A stretch of 64,000 nucleotides of DNA from Bdellovibrionales bacterium (lineage in GTDB: Bacteria > Bdellovibrionota > Bdellovibrionia > Bdellovibrionales > JAGQZY01), in NCBI GenBank assembly GCA_964230645.1, contig CAXRHT010000002.1, positions 1,504,001 to 1,568,000 of the forward strand, read 5' to 3'. The position numbers were made by a program, and so were the translations under genes. Below the pieces are notes generated by a model. That model was not told the origin of the DNA. It saw only the letters and a program-made list of their open reading frames with translations, and did no database searches. Position 1 is the stretch's first letter; each line of letters begins with the position of its first letter. Below, piece by piece: positions 9,902 to 19,309 of this stretch.

Positions 9902-9975
9902 GGTACCAGCTTCCCTTTGGTAGCGCACTCGTGTCATCTTTAACGCGTGATCGCTACCAACGGGAAGCAGGTACC
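9902..9975. repeat. Long imperfect inverted repeat (REP-doublet-like) between flgN and flgK
   Basis: GGTACCAGCTTCCCTTTGGTAGCG pairs with CGCTACCAACGGGAAGCAGGTACC at 22 of 24 positions. Confidence 0.75.
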
Positions 9976-9977
9976 TT

Positions 9978-10481
9978 TTAGGCTTCCCTTTGCACAAGTC
10001 TTCCTTGTGCATCTTTGTTTTTCCCCTCCATGTTCCCACTATTTTTATAAGTCGGGTTTTCATTGAGTGTTTTTGTTATCGAGTTCATAGCCCCTGATAT
10101 ATGTGTCAAAGCGGCCTGAACCAGTATTTCGTTTTTCTTATTAAGTTCTGCAATTCTCTCTACCAACATATTTAAAACAGAGTGAAGTTGCTCTAATTTT
10201 TTTGATTCATCACCTTTTAAGTTTTTAGCCAGTCCAAGGAGTGTGGGTTTTGAATCTTTTAGTTTAAGTTCTGCAGCCAAATGATCGGCCGACTGTTGCC
10301 ACTTTTGATCGAGTTCTTTTACTTTGAAAACCAGCTTCTCCTTGGCTTCATTGACCTCGACAATACGGTGCATCTCTGCTCCAGAAAGAATTTCATGCTC
10401 CTTCCGAACGATTTCCAACAGATGACGATAAACTGTCACCAATTGATCCAATGATTGAGTGAGATGATCGTAAGACTTCAA
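9978..10481 (-). CDS. flgN: Flagellar export chaperone FlgN
   Basis: Helical 167 aa protein between flgM and flgK; N..N..L motif, C-terminal TY..SG. Confidence 0.85.
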   Translation of the reverse strand: MKSYDHLTQSLDQLVTVYRHLLEIVRKEHEILSGAEMHRIVEVNEAKEKLVFKVKELDQKWQQSADHLAAELKLKDSKPTLLGLAKNLKGDESKKLEQLHSVLNMLVERIAELNKKNEILVQAALTHISGAMNSITKTLNENPTYKNSGNMEGKNKDAQGRLVQREA

Positions 10482-10493
10482 AGGGCACCTCGA

Positions 10494-10805
10494 TTAGGTT
10501 GGCATCTTCAAATGATCATCAACAAGGCTATCAGCTACTTTCGAAGAGTCGACTTGATACTTCCCGCTATCGATCATGTTTTGAAAATACGCCACTTTTT
10601 TATCATCAACAGAATCTTGTTTGGCAATATCTGTGGCTTGCTTAATTTGTTGAGCACGCTTTGATAAACTTACCTGGGCTGACTGACCCGTTAAGGCATT
10701 TGCCTTTGCGTTCTCTTTTGCTTTGTTACCTTTAATATCTTTGGTGTCGGCTTGCTGTGCCTGCGCCTGCTTCAATGAATGCGACGCTCCTCTTGATACT
10801 TTCAT
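10494..10805 (-). CDS. flgM: Anti-sigma28 factor FlgM
   Basis: VSLS...KV......I.SGKYQVDS.KVAD; AAGGAGG RBS before 10805. Confidence 0.9.
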   Translation of the reverse strand: MKVSRGASHSLKQAQAQQADTKDIKGNKAKENAKANALTGQSAQVSLSKRAQQIKQATDIAKQDSVDDKKVAYFQNMIDSGKYQVDSSKVADSLVDDHLKMPT

Positions 10806-10872
10806 GCAACCCTCCTTGGTCAATTCTCATTTTAACACAACCGCAAGTCATTTCTTAAATTAAATTCCTGTT

Positions 10873-11547
10873 TTACCTTACAGTCGGGCCTTTTCGCGAG
10901 TTTGTGTCCTGTATTTGCCATGTAATCGAGTCTGATTCAGGGCTCAGGGCGGCAAAATTTTCCCCCTCGCTCAAAGTTTTATTCAATAGTCCAGGTTTTA
11001 GCTGTCCCTTAAACACAAAGGTCGATTTTAAATCAAAGGGATGAGAAAACATGGCCACCTTTTCTCCTGAGGCCAATTCAAACTCTTTTTCAAACTTCCC
11101 CTTCCAAGGCAAACTCAAAAAAGAGGCGGACTCTTTCTGAGGCCCAAGCTTCAAATTAAATGTCTGACGCCCCGGGGCCTCAGGCACTGGAGCCTTCTGC
11201 ATTCCCTTATAACGATCTGTAATATTCACTGGCCGAATTTCTTTAGGAGCTTGTTTTTGAAGCTGTGGATAAAACTTTTCGACTAATTGGTTATAAACCA
11301 TCTCGCCAAAACCTGTGCCTCCACGCTCCACCCAACTGCCGACGTATTTATCGTCGAGTTGTTCTTGATAAATTTTTTCGCCAAAACTTGGTTTGGTTAA
11401 AGCACTGTGATCTACCGATTTTCGCATGGCTTTCACCATTTGTCTGATAAACTGCTCTTCATACATCTTGGCCGCTTTTTTTAGTTGGCGGTCCACCTTT
11501 TTCATATGAGGGCTTAATTGTTGTGGTTGTGCTTTATTCGTCTTCAT
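10873..11547 (-). CDS. flgJ: Rod-binding protein FlgJ, no muramidase domain
   Basis: LKKAAKMYE..F..QMVKAMRKSV rod-binding motif; follows flgI. Confidence 0.8.
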   Translation of the reverse strand: MKTNKAQPQQLSPHMKKVDRQLKKAAKMYEEQFIRQMVKAMRKSVDHSALTKPSFGEKIYQEQLDDKYVGSWVERGGTGFGEMVYNQLVEKFYPQLQKQAPKEIRPVNITDRYKGMQKAPVPEAPGRQTFNLKLGPQKESASFLSLPWKGKFEKEFELASGEKVAMFSHPFDLKSTFVFKGQLKPGLLNKTLSEGENFAALSPESDSITWQIQDTNSRKGPTVR

Positions 11548-11660
11548 AAATTCCTAACAGTCATCGATACTTTTTTCGTATCTTCTTTTTTTAAAAAACT
11601 CCCTTCTGAATTGAGTTTTTTCAAGTCTGTATGGCCTTGATTTTATTGTTGTTAGGGAAT

Positions 11661-11824
11661 AAAAAATGGGGAGGAAGAGAGACCTCGGCAATTTCTTTGC
11701 CTGAAGAGTTTAGGTCCTGCGACGAATGCCGTATTGACCTCATATCCTGCTCACTCTTGAACCTTCCTGGTAAAACGGTCTCTTAACCTTCAACCCCCCA
11801 AGAGACAACATCCATGTCGTCTCA
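11661..11824 (-). ncRNA. Candidate structured RNA with CsrA-type GGA motifs
   Basis: 5' hairpin GAGACGAC-AUGGAU-GUUGUCUC, nested long-range stems, terminal U6 tract, TATAAT just upstream. Confidence 0.5.
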
Positions 11825-11866
11825 AATTATAGTTTATAATAGTTTGCAAATTCTTCCCATTAACAA

Positions 11867-12901
11867 TCATAAAATTTCCAGGTCACCTTGTAAGGCACCA
11901 GAAGCCTTGATGTTTTGTAAAATTAAAATCAGGTCTTTTGGTTTAACGCCCATGCGATTCAAACTTTGGACGAGTTCTCCAACGTTCACTCTTCCCTGAT
12001 CACCCTCAAGCATATGAACCCTTTCTGTTTTCTGTTCACTGGCTGAGGCGGGTCCACGCATACGCCTAGGTCCTTTTTCTGGGGGACCACCCACATTCAC
12101 GGTGATATCGCCATGACTGATTGCTACTTTGTCGATAGCGACATTCTCGCCAATCACAACGGTTCCCGACTTTTCGTTAATAACAACTTTTGCCTTTTGA
12201 TCAGGGAAGACCTGTAGAGACTCTATAACGGAAAGAAGCTCCACACCTTTCCCCTCCCAGGAGAAGGGCACAATAAAGTCTACTGTCCCTGGATCGACGG
12301 CTGTGGCGTATTTACCGCCTAAATCCATATTGATTGTTTTAGCCATTCTAGCAGCCGTAGTTAAATCAGGATTGCTTAATGTAAAGCGGTACATTTTTCT
12401 ATGAGAAAAATCGGCATCCAAGTCTCTTTCCACAAGGGCTCCGTTTGGAACTTTGGCTGAAGTTAAATGACTGTCAGCCGTAAGCATGGTTCCCTGTGCA
12501 ACAGCGTAAACCTTTTTATCAGCCGCTCTTAGAGGAGTCTGAATAAGTGTTCCGCCTTTTAGGCTTGAAGCATCTCCTAAAGAGTTTACTGTGACATCTA
12601 AACTGTTTCCTGCTCTGGCAAAAGGTGGAAGGGTGGCTGTGACTATAACCGCTGCCACGTTTTGACTGGATATATCTTCTCCCTCAAGTTTCATCCCGAG
12701 TTTATCGAGCATTCTCTTTAAACTTTTAGAGGTGTACTCAAGAGCGGAGTCCCCCGTGCCATTGAGTCCCACCACAAGCCCGTAGCCTCTGAGCTGGTTT
12801 TCTCTTACCCCACGAATGTTGGCGATGTCTTTAATTCGAACGGCCCACGAGCTTTGCGAGGCGAAAAGAATGGATAGAAATAGAAGTGCTGAAACTCTCA
12901 C
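11867..12901 (-). CDS. flgI: Flagellar P-ring protein FlgI
   Basis: RIKDIANIRGVRENQLRGYGLVVGLNGTGD, NVAAVIVTATLPPF. Confidence 0.97.
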   Translation of the reverse strand: MRVSALLFLSILFASQSSWAVRIKDIANIRGVRENQLRGYGLVVGLNGTGDSALEYTSKSLKRMLDKLGMKLEGEDISSQNVAAVIVTATLPPFARAGNSLDVTVNSLGDASSLKGGTLIQTPLRAADKKVYAVAQGTMLTADSHLTSAKVPNGALVERDLDADFSHRKMYRFTLSNPDLTTAARMAKTINMDLGGKYATAVDPGTVDFIVPFSWEGKGVELLSVIESLQVFPDQKAKVVINEKSGTVVIGENVAIDKVAISHGDITVNVGGPPEKGPRRMRGPASASEQKTERVHMLEGDQGRVNVGELVQSLNRMGVKPKDLILILQNIKASGALQGDLEIL

Positions 12902-12903
12902 GT

Positions 12904-13602
12904 TTACCTCTTCTTTCGATTCGTAACAATGTCAAAATCGGGATCAAGCAGTGTCTCAGCACTGATGCCCTGGTCGTCGAAATCTTCTTGGCGAACAATC
13001 CCTTTAACCACTAACTTGTACTCTCTTTTACCAATCATAAAGGGTTGATCTCCTTGAACTAAGTAGGAACCATCTTTTAAGATCTCTGTAATTTTTGAGG
13101 GCACGATCTTTACATTAAATTTTGAATCAACGGGATTAGAAGGCTTACCAGGCGCCTTCTTTTTAGAAGGTTTTTGACCAGACCGTGCTTGGGCTGCCAA
13201 ACGACGCTGTTCTTGTTGGGCTTTAATACGATTGATTAAATCCTCGATCACTTTTACTTTTGTTTCGATTTGTTTTTTGGCGTGCCCATCAATTTCAACG
13301 TTAACAAGATCCCCGATAAGACGATTGGTATTTTGTGCAAATAGATAAGACCCCTGTCCTCTTTCAATCCAAAGGGAACCTGAGTCAGCGCCCAGTTTTG
13401 AACGTTCCTGAATGCTTTCATGATCTGTTCTTTGATAATTTTTCTTTGGAACTCGGCCCACTTGAGTTTTGGCTACATTTCTTTTTTGAGGAGTGGTATC
13501 TCCTCCAACAAGACCTTTTAAAGCTTTACCAATACTGGCACAGCCTGATGTGGCAAAAACAAAAAAGACTAAACAGGATATCAATTTCAGTTTTTTGTTC
13601 AC
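12904..13602 (-). CDS. flgH: Flagellar L-ring lipoprotein FlgH (divergent)
   Basis: Lipobox TSGC, GSLW, IGDLVNV, GIVRQED; between flgA and flgI. Confidence 0.8.
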   Translation of the reverse strand: MNKKLKLISCLVFFVFATSGCASIGKALKGLVGGDTTPQKRNVAKTQVGRVPKKNYQRTDHESIQERSKLGADSGSLWIERGQGSYLFAQNTNRLIGDLVNVEIDGHAKKQIETKVKVIEDLINRIKAQQEQRRLAAQARSGQKPSKKKAPGKPSNPVDSKFNVKIVPSKITEILKDGSYLVQGDQPFMIGKREYKLVVKGIVRQEDFDDQGISAETLLDPDFDIVTNRKKR

Positions 13603-14258
13603 TATTCTACCCTCGCTTGATTTTTATTAAGAATCTTCGCAAAAACTTTTGTCCTTGTGTGACCAATGAAAACAGGGATTCGATCACCGATCGCTCCCGC
13701 GCCCCGAGCTTTACCCATCATCTGCACCTGGAGATCTCCTTTTTTCAGAATGATCTCTAAAGGCTGCCCGAATTTTACTACAATGGGATGCCTTAAAAGG
13801 CTTTCATCTAAAATCTCACCCCTTTTAAATAAACGTCTACCTGCCATACCTTGTGCGGATTCCACGCTATTGAGATAAGGGGTCTGCAAAAAGGTGACAT
13901 CCTTTTCAATAATCTTAATATCATCTTCCTTCAAAATTTTACCTTGGCGAATGTTCTTCTCGGCGATAACAACATTATCTTTCCAGCGAATTTTGGTCGT
14001 TACAAGACGACTATCTTCACCCAATTTCAAAAGTAAATTGGTTTGTCCCTTCCAGTGATCGGCAATCACTTGATCGGGTACGGAAATATCCTCTAACACC
14101 TGTTTATTTAAGATTTCCATTTCTACCCGACAGCTTCCACACTCCTCTTGCACATTACTAGTCACAATCTTGAGAAGGTGCTCCTCAACATTAGGCACCT
14201 CTTTCTCTGTGGAGAAAAGAAAAGTTGAAATAAAAACGAGTAGTGAAAACTTAAACAT
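13602..14258 (-). CDS. flgA: P-ring formation chaperone FlgA
   Basis: SAF-like segment, VKFGQ, GKARGAGAIGDRIPV. Confidence 0.88.
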   Translation of the reverse strand: MFKFSLLVFISTFLFSTEKEVPNVEEHLLKIVTSNVQEECGSCRVEMEILNKQVLEDISVPDQVIADHWKGQTNLLLKLGEDSRLVTTKIRWKDNVVIAEKNIRQGKILKEDDIKIIEKDVTFLQTPYLNSVESAQGMAGRRLFKRGEILDESLLRHPIVVKFGQPLEIILKKGDLQVQMMGKARGAGAIGDRIPVFIGHTRTKVFAKILNKNQARVE

Positions 14259-14262
14259 AAAT

Positions 14263-15048
14263 TTACCTAAGATTATTTATCATTTGTAACATTTGATCAG
14301 CGGCTTGCATGACCTTAGCGTTGGTTTCGTAGGTTCTTTGGGAGGTAATCATATTAACCATTTCCTCAGCAATATTGACGTTACTTCCTTCAAGCTCTCC
14401 TTGTGCCACAGCTCCAAAATGTCCCCTCCCCGGAAGGCCTGTTTGTGGATTTCCACTGGCGGCTGTTGGAGAGAAATTATTTTGTCCAAGGGCTTTTAAA
14501 CCTGCAGGATTGATGAAACTGGCCAATTCCACTTGTCCAACCACCTCGGGCTTAGAGGCTTGATCACGGATTAATTCGATTAGACCTCGCGAGCTGATTC
14601 TTACATCAATAACATCAGTAGGAAGCTCCACTTCAGGGTAAAATAGGTTACCGTTTTTATCGACAAGCTTACCCTGTTCATTTCTTTTAAACTCCCCATT
14701 GCGGGTGTACATGATATCACCCTCTTCGTTCATGACCTGAAAAAATCCCTTCCCAAGGATAGCCATATCAAAAGGGCTTCCGGTTTGTTTGGAAGAACCA
14801 ATAGCGTGATCCCTTTGCACCGCACCGGTTTTCACTCCAAGACCAATTTGAACTCCTGTGGGCGAAACAGCGTTAAGACCTGACGCCGCCCCTGGGGCTT
14901 TTTCTGTTTGATAAAGGAGATCTTCGAACTCAGCACGCGCTTTCTTAAATCCTGTGGTCGATGCGTTGGCCACGTTATTTGAAACCACTTCCATATTGGA
15001 CTGTTGGGCTTGCATTCCCGTGGCCGAAGTATTTAGTGCTTTTAACAT
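14263..15048 (-). CDS. flgG: Flagellar distal rod protein FlgG
   Basis: SNNVANASTTGFKK, FEDLLYQ, LEGSNVNIAEEMV. Confidence 0.96.
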   Translation of the reverse strand: MLKALNTSATGMQAQQSNMEVVSNNVANASTTGFKKARAEFEDLLYQTEKAPGAASGLNAVSPTGVQIGLGVKTGAVQRDHAIGSSKQTGSPFDMAILGKGFFQVMNEEGDIMYTRNGEFKRNEQGKLVDKNGNLFYPEVELPTDVIDVRISSRGLIELIRDQASKPEVVGQVELASFINPAGLKALGQNNFSPTAASGNPQTGLPGRGHFGAVAQGELEGSNVNIAEEMVNMITSQRTYETNAKVMQAADQMLQMINNLR

Positions 15049-15058
15049 TCAAGTCCCC

Positions 15059-15874
15059 TTATCTTAATCTCGGTACATCGTTTGTTAGTTTCTGATTCAT
15101 TTGATCGTAAGCCTGAATGGCTTTTTGTGTGCTCTCGAACACGCGAGTGGCATTAATCATATCAGTCATCTCTTTCACAATATTAACGTTACTCTGCTCA
15201 AAGGATCCTTGATGGACTCGAGCGTTTCTTGCCGGCACCATTTGATTTTCAAAATTTTCGCGAATCGTAAAAAGAGAACTTCCCTGCTTCTGTAGAGCAT
15301 CTTTTTCTGTAGCTGTCATAAGAGATAAACGTCCAAAATTTTGTCCGTTAACAAAAACATCGCCTTTAACAGTAATATTGAAATCTTTTTGGTCATCGAG
15401 TTGAATCATTCGCTCTTCGGGTGGTTGCCCCGGAACTCCTTCTAGTAATAGAGGATGCCCTTGCTTACTCACCACCACACCGTTAGCATTTAAAGTAAAG
15501 TGCCCGTTACGAGTGTATCTAACCCCACCAGGAGTCATAACCTCTAAAAAGCCATCGCCTTCAATACCGATATCCAGTGGGTTACCGGTTAGCTTTAGTG
15601 CGCCCTGCTCGAAACTTGTGGAAGTTCCGTTAGTATCAACATAACTTTTATCACCGCCATTGGTCGGATAAAAACTGTCAATGGAAGCCGGCACCTTGGG
15701 CACTTCAAGGGCTGTGGGTTGCTTTTCATAAGAAGTAAGGTACTCCTTAAAAAGTTGCTTATCTTTTTTAAAGCCAGGAGTGTTAGCATTAGCAATGTTG
15801 TTAGCAATTGTTTCTAACTTTGCATTGTGAGCAACGGCTCCACTTACGGCTGTATATATTCCTTTAGTCGACAT
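15059..15874 (-). CDS. flgF: Flagellar rod protein FlgF
   Basis: ANNIANANTPGFKK, TGNPLD, YTRNG, EQSNVN; upstream of flgG. Confidence 0.9.
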   Translation of the reverse strand: MSTKGIYTAVSGAVAHNAKLETIANNIANANTPGFKKDKQLFKEYLTSYEKQPTALEVPKVPASIDSFYPTNGGDKSYVDTNGTSTSFEQGALKLTGNPLDIGIEGDGFLEVMTPGGVRYTRNGHFTLNANGVVVSKQGHPLLLEGVPGQPPEERMIQLDDQKDFNITVKGDVFVNGQNFGRLSLMTATEKDALQKQGSSLFTIRENFENQMVPARNARVHQGSFEQSNVNIVKEMTDMINATRVFESTQKAIQAYDQMNQKLTNDVPRLR

Positions 15875-15889
15875 ACAAACACTTTACGA

Positions 15890-15905
15890 AGCAAGTGCCA
15901 TGCCA
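15890..15905 (-). promoter_or_regulatory. sigma54 promoter of the flg operon
   Basis: Minus strand TGGCAT-GGCAC-TTGCT, near consensus, 15 nt before the flgF ATG. Confidence 0.75.
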
Positions 15906-16271
15906 TCTAATCGCTATGCTAGCCTTAAGACTTAAGTGCGAAGGTCTTTTAAATTCTGGTTTGAACCACTTTTTTCAAAAAGAACACTTATCACTTCCAG
16001 GACTTTTGTTCTTCAGATCCATTCAGATTTTTCCAAAAGCTTTCATTGCGATTAGAAATTTTATGTTGCAAAAAATTGTCCGAGCACCACTTATTCGCGC
16101 GTACTTTATTAAGAATAAACAAGACATTAGCGGTCCAGCCTTTCAATTCCTCCAACCGTCGCTAAAACCATAGACAAACATCCAGGTTTTCCGTCATAAA
16201 ACTGACAGCAGTGTCAACAGTTTTACCCGGCTAGGTATTATTCGACGTTTTCACAAAAAAGTTTAATAATA

Positions 16272-17246
16272 ATGTTTATGGGAAATAGTATCGTTAAATT
16301 TTGTCTTCTAAGCAGTCTATTGTTTTTTTGTAACATGGGCCACTCTGCCGTTCGCAGCCAACCGCAAGTGAGTTCAAAAAAGCAGAGTGTAAGGAAGTTT
16401 CGTCACTTCAGAAAAGATTTAAAAGCCCCAATTACCAAATCATTCTCACCACCTGTTTTTGACTTTCCTGTAACCTATAACCATAAAGTCAAAAACTGGA
16501 TCAAATATTTTCAAACAAGGGGAAAAAGATCGTTTAAAAAGTGGCTTGAACGATCCGCCCGTTACGCTCCCTATATCCAAGAGCAACTGGAAACTCACGA
16601 ACTTCCACAAGATCTTCTTTACGTAGCCATGATTGAAAGTGGCTTTACTCCACGAGCAAAATCTTCAGCCGGGGCCGTCGGAATTTGGCAATTTATTGCT
16701 CCTACAGCAAGACGTTACGGCTTAAAGGTGAACTGGTGGATCGATGAAAGACGTAATTTTACCAAAGCCACTGGTGCTGCCATCCGATATAAGAAAGATC
16801 TATACGAAATGTTTCAGTCTTGGCATCTGGTTTCCGCCTCCTACAACACAGGAGAAAACCGTGTCAGTCGCCTCATTCGCAAACATAAAACCAATGACTT
16901 CTGGGAACTTGCAGAGATGCGAACACTTCCTGATGAAACCATCAACTATGTCCCCAAGATCATTGCCGCCACACTGATTGCAAAATCACCAGCGCTTTAT
17001 GGCTTTAAAGACCTTGAATACAATGTGCCTTTCAAGTTTGAGATGGCCGAGGTTCCTGGAGGAACTGATCTTTCTAATTTGGCGCGCTATATTGGAGTCA
17101 AAGAGAGGTATCTTAAGGATTTGAATCCTGATCTATTAAAGGGTTTCATTCCAAGAGAAATTAAAACTCACAGCATTAAAGTTCCCATTGGATCAATGCC
17201 TTTGGTAAAAGAGTACTCACAACTGATTACTAAAGTACAAATATGA
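16272..17246 (+). CDS. mltD: Lytic murein transglycosylase, MltD-like
   Basis: AMIESGF, AGAVGIWQF, ASYNTGE, ETINYVPK motifs; signal peptide. Confidence 0.88.
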   Translation: MFMGNSIVKFCLLSSLLFFCNMGHSAVRSQPQVSSKKQSVRKFRHFRKDLKAPITKSFSPPVFDFPVTYNHKVKNWIKYFQTRGKRSFKKWLERSARYAPYIQEQLETHELPQDLLYVAMIESGFTPRAKSSAGAVGIWQFIAPTARRYGLKVNWWIDERRNFTKATGAAIRYKKDLYEMFQSWHLVSASYNTGENRVSRLIRKHKTNDFWELAEMRTLPDETINYVPKIIAATLIAKSPALYGFKDLEYNVPFKFEMAEVPGGTDLSNLARYIGVKERYLKDLNPDLLKGFIPREIKTHSIKVPIGSMPLVKEYSQLITKVQI

Positions 17247-17250
17247 AGTT

Positions 17251-17997
17251 ATGATTCAAAAACAACGCTTAAGAGTTTTAAAATTTGGCGGCTCAAGTCT
17301 TGAGTCTCTACCAAAAATTCAAGCCATTGCGGCTCAAATCAAAAAAGACTATGACGAAGGCGACCGCTTTATTTTGGTGGTGAGTGCCATGGGACAAACA
17401 ACAGATGATCTCATTAAAATGGCCTACTCAATCACCGCCACTCCCAACCAACGAGAACTTGATATGTTACTCACCGCGGGCGAAAGAATCAGTATGGCTC
17501 TTATGAGCCTCTCCCTTAACAATCTTGATGTCCCAGCGATAAGTTTCACCGGAAGTCAGGCTGGAATTATGACGTGTGGAACCCACGGAGACGCAGAAAT
17601 TCTTGAGGTAAAACCCATCCGGGTTCAAGAAGAATTAAAAAATGACCGGGTGGTGATCCTCGCTGGCTTTCAAGGTGTTGACCCCAAAACAAAAGAGATC
17701 ACCACTCTTGGAAGAGGGGGCTCGGATACCACAGCCATTGCCATGGCCTCTCACTTTCAAGCTAGAAAGTGTGAATTTAAAAAAGACACCGAAGGGGTTT
17801 TCTCTGCCGACCCCCATCAGTTCCCAGAGGCGACCCATCACCCGAAATTGAGTTGGGACCAAGTCATTGAACTCACCGAAGCCGGCTCTCCCTTCCTCCA
17901 TGTGAGGGCTGCCAAAATGGCTAAAAAATTAAAAATGCCTCTGGAAATCTCCCACGCCCATAAACCTCAGGGTAAAAAAACAATCATTTCTCAGTAA
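17251..17997 (+). CDS. lysC: Aspartate kinase, kinase domain only
   Basis: VLKFGGSS, VVSAMG, GE, TTLGRGGSD, GVFSADP. Confidence 0.9.
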   Translation: MIQKQRLRVLKFGGSSLESLPKIQAIAAQIKKDYDEGDRFILVVSAMGQTTDDLIKMAYSITATPNQRELDMLLTAGERISMALMSLSLNNLDVPAISFTGSQAGIMTCGTHGDAEILEVKPIRVQEELKNDRVVILAGFQGVDPKTKEITTLGRGGSDTTAIAMASHFQARKCEFKKDTEGVFSADPHQFPEATHHPKLSWDQVIELTEAGSPFLHVRAAKMAKKLKMPLEISHAHKPQGKKTIISQ

Positions 17998-18153
17998 AAG
18001 TTTCCGCTCCGAAACACTGGCCGATTTATGCAGAACAACCTTCTTTATGCCGTCTCACTTGGAGATTGTGTGGAAAGTCTAAACAGCTCACTGACAATTC
18101 TGGCCTGAACAGCCTTTCTTTTTTGTATCTTACTGAAATTACTCTATCTTCTC

Positions 18154-18169
18154 TGGCACTCGCCTTGCT
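18154..18169 (+). promoter_or_regulatory. sigma54 promoter
   Basis: Consensus TGGCAC-TCGCC-TTGCT, 34 nt before ATG 18204. Confidence 0.8.
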
Positions 18170-18203
18170 CCTAACAATGGTAGCGAGAGAGGGAAGGTAA
18201 CTA

Positions 18204-19205
18204 ATGAAATATCAAAGGTTTTTTTCAATATTGAGTTTATTTATGTTGAGCTTACTCATTTTCGAAAGCTCCGCTCAGGCCGGTCAATATTGCCGCAGAG
18301 GGCGTTACTACTATGATGCCAGCAGTGCATTTTGCAACGGTCGCACAGCGAACTATTGTAGCGCTAATGACGGCTACGACTGTGGAGGCAATCTTTTCTG
18401 TGAATGCTCTCAAACTCAAAGTCAACGCAGTGTTTGGGACCGAGTGCGCAGTGGTTTTTCCAATGCTGTTGGTCGCATTGGTGATGTTTTTGATAATTTT
18501 CGATCGGCTTTCACCAATCAATCTCCCCGACGTGTCGGACGACAAGGAGGCATTTATGAATGGCCTTCTGAACAAGTGGGCGATCAGTATCAGCTCGCCT
18601 GTGGCTCCGAACATATTAGGAGAACAAGAAGCCGTGCCTATATGCATCCTTTAAGTGCTTGCATGCTCGCTGGGGCCGCGCAACAGTGGCGCCAACAAGT
18701 CTGCCCCGATAACACTCCTGATTGTCAGCTCCGTTTCGGAGATATGACCTACGGACACAGTATGCCAGGCCACTGGCCTCACCGTTCTCACCGCAGAGGT
18801 TGGTGTGTCGATGTGTGGCCCATCAGACAACCCGGGCACAGTGGTGACGTGGTTGTGGGTGGACAAGGCTACGATAGAGAGAGAACATTACAGCTATTAA
18901 GAATTTTTCGCGAATGGGGCGCTGACCGTCCACAAGCCGGTCAGGGGCGTGGCAACCAAGTCTTTTTTGACGACCCACAGGCGATTAGAGAGGGATTAGC
19001 CCGGCCGCTTCGAGGAACACATAGAGATCATATTCATGTGTGTTTTCGGCCAACCGCACGAGGAACGGAAGAGCGTTGCAACCAAGCCTCCTTTGATTCG
19101 GGATACTGCCCAATTCTGGCTGGACAAGATCCTAATCAACAACTCAACAACACAGAGAACACGAGTAGCGGCTTAAGAGTCAGGCAAGGAAACTCCGCTC
19201 TTTAG
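18204..19205 (+). CDS. Secreted MepA/LAS-type zinc murein endopeptidase with Cys-rich N-terminus
   Basis: Signal peptide; FGD, HRSHRRGWCVD and HRDHIHV zinc motifs. Confidence 0.75.
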   Translation: MKYQRFFSILSLFMLSLLIFESSAQAGQYCRRGRYYYDASSAFCNGRTANYCSANDGYDCGGNLFCECSQTQSQRSVWDRVRSGFSNAVGRIGDVFDNFRSAFTNQSPRRVGRQGGIYEWPSEQVGDQYQLACGSEHIRRTRSRAYMHPLSACMLAGAAQQWRQQVCPDNTPDCQLRFGDMTYGHSMPGHWPHRSHRRGWCVDVWPIRQPGHSGDVVVGGQGYDRERTLQLLRIFREWGADRPQAGQGRGNQVFFDDPQAIREGLARPLRGTHRDHIHVCFRPTARGTEERCNQASFDSGYCPILAGQDPNQQLNNTENTSSGLRVRQGNSAL

Positions 19206-19309
19206 TAAATTTAAACTTTGAATGAAAATAACTTTTTACTGAGAACACAACCACTTTAAAGGGCTGTTCTTAACGAGACTAACCCTTTTAAAAGTTTTAC
19301 GAGGTACTA

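Noticed and set aside
9857..10063. 68 aa minus-strand ORF spanning the flgN end and spacer
   Set aside because: Overlaps flgN out of frame and crosses a palindromic repeat; no recognisable features
11661..11824. c-di-GMP-I riboswitch or SRP RNA as the identity of the flgI-flgJ element
   Set aside because: GGCAAA...TTGCCG is only a tiny hairpin without the GNRA and receptor stems; the SRP domain IV motif is absent
15895..16173. 92 aa plus-strand ORF between flgF and mltD
   Set aside because: Overlaps the sigma54 promoter, has no RBS or motif; probably regulatory DNA
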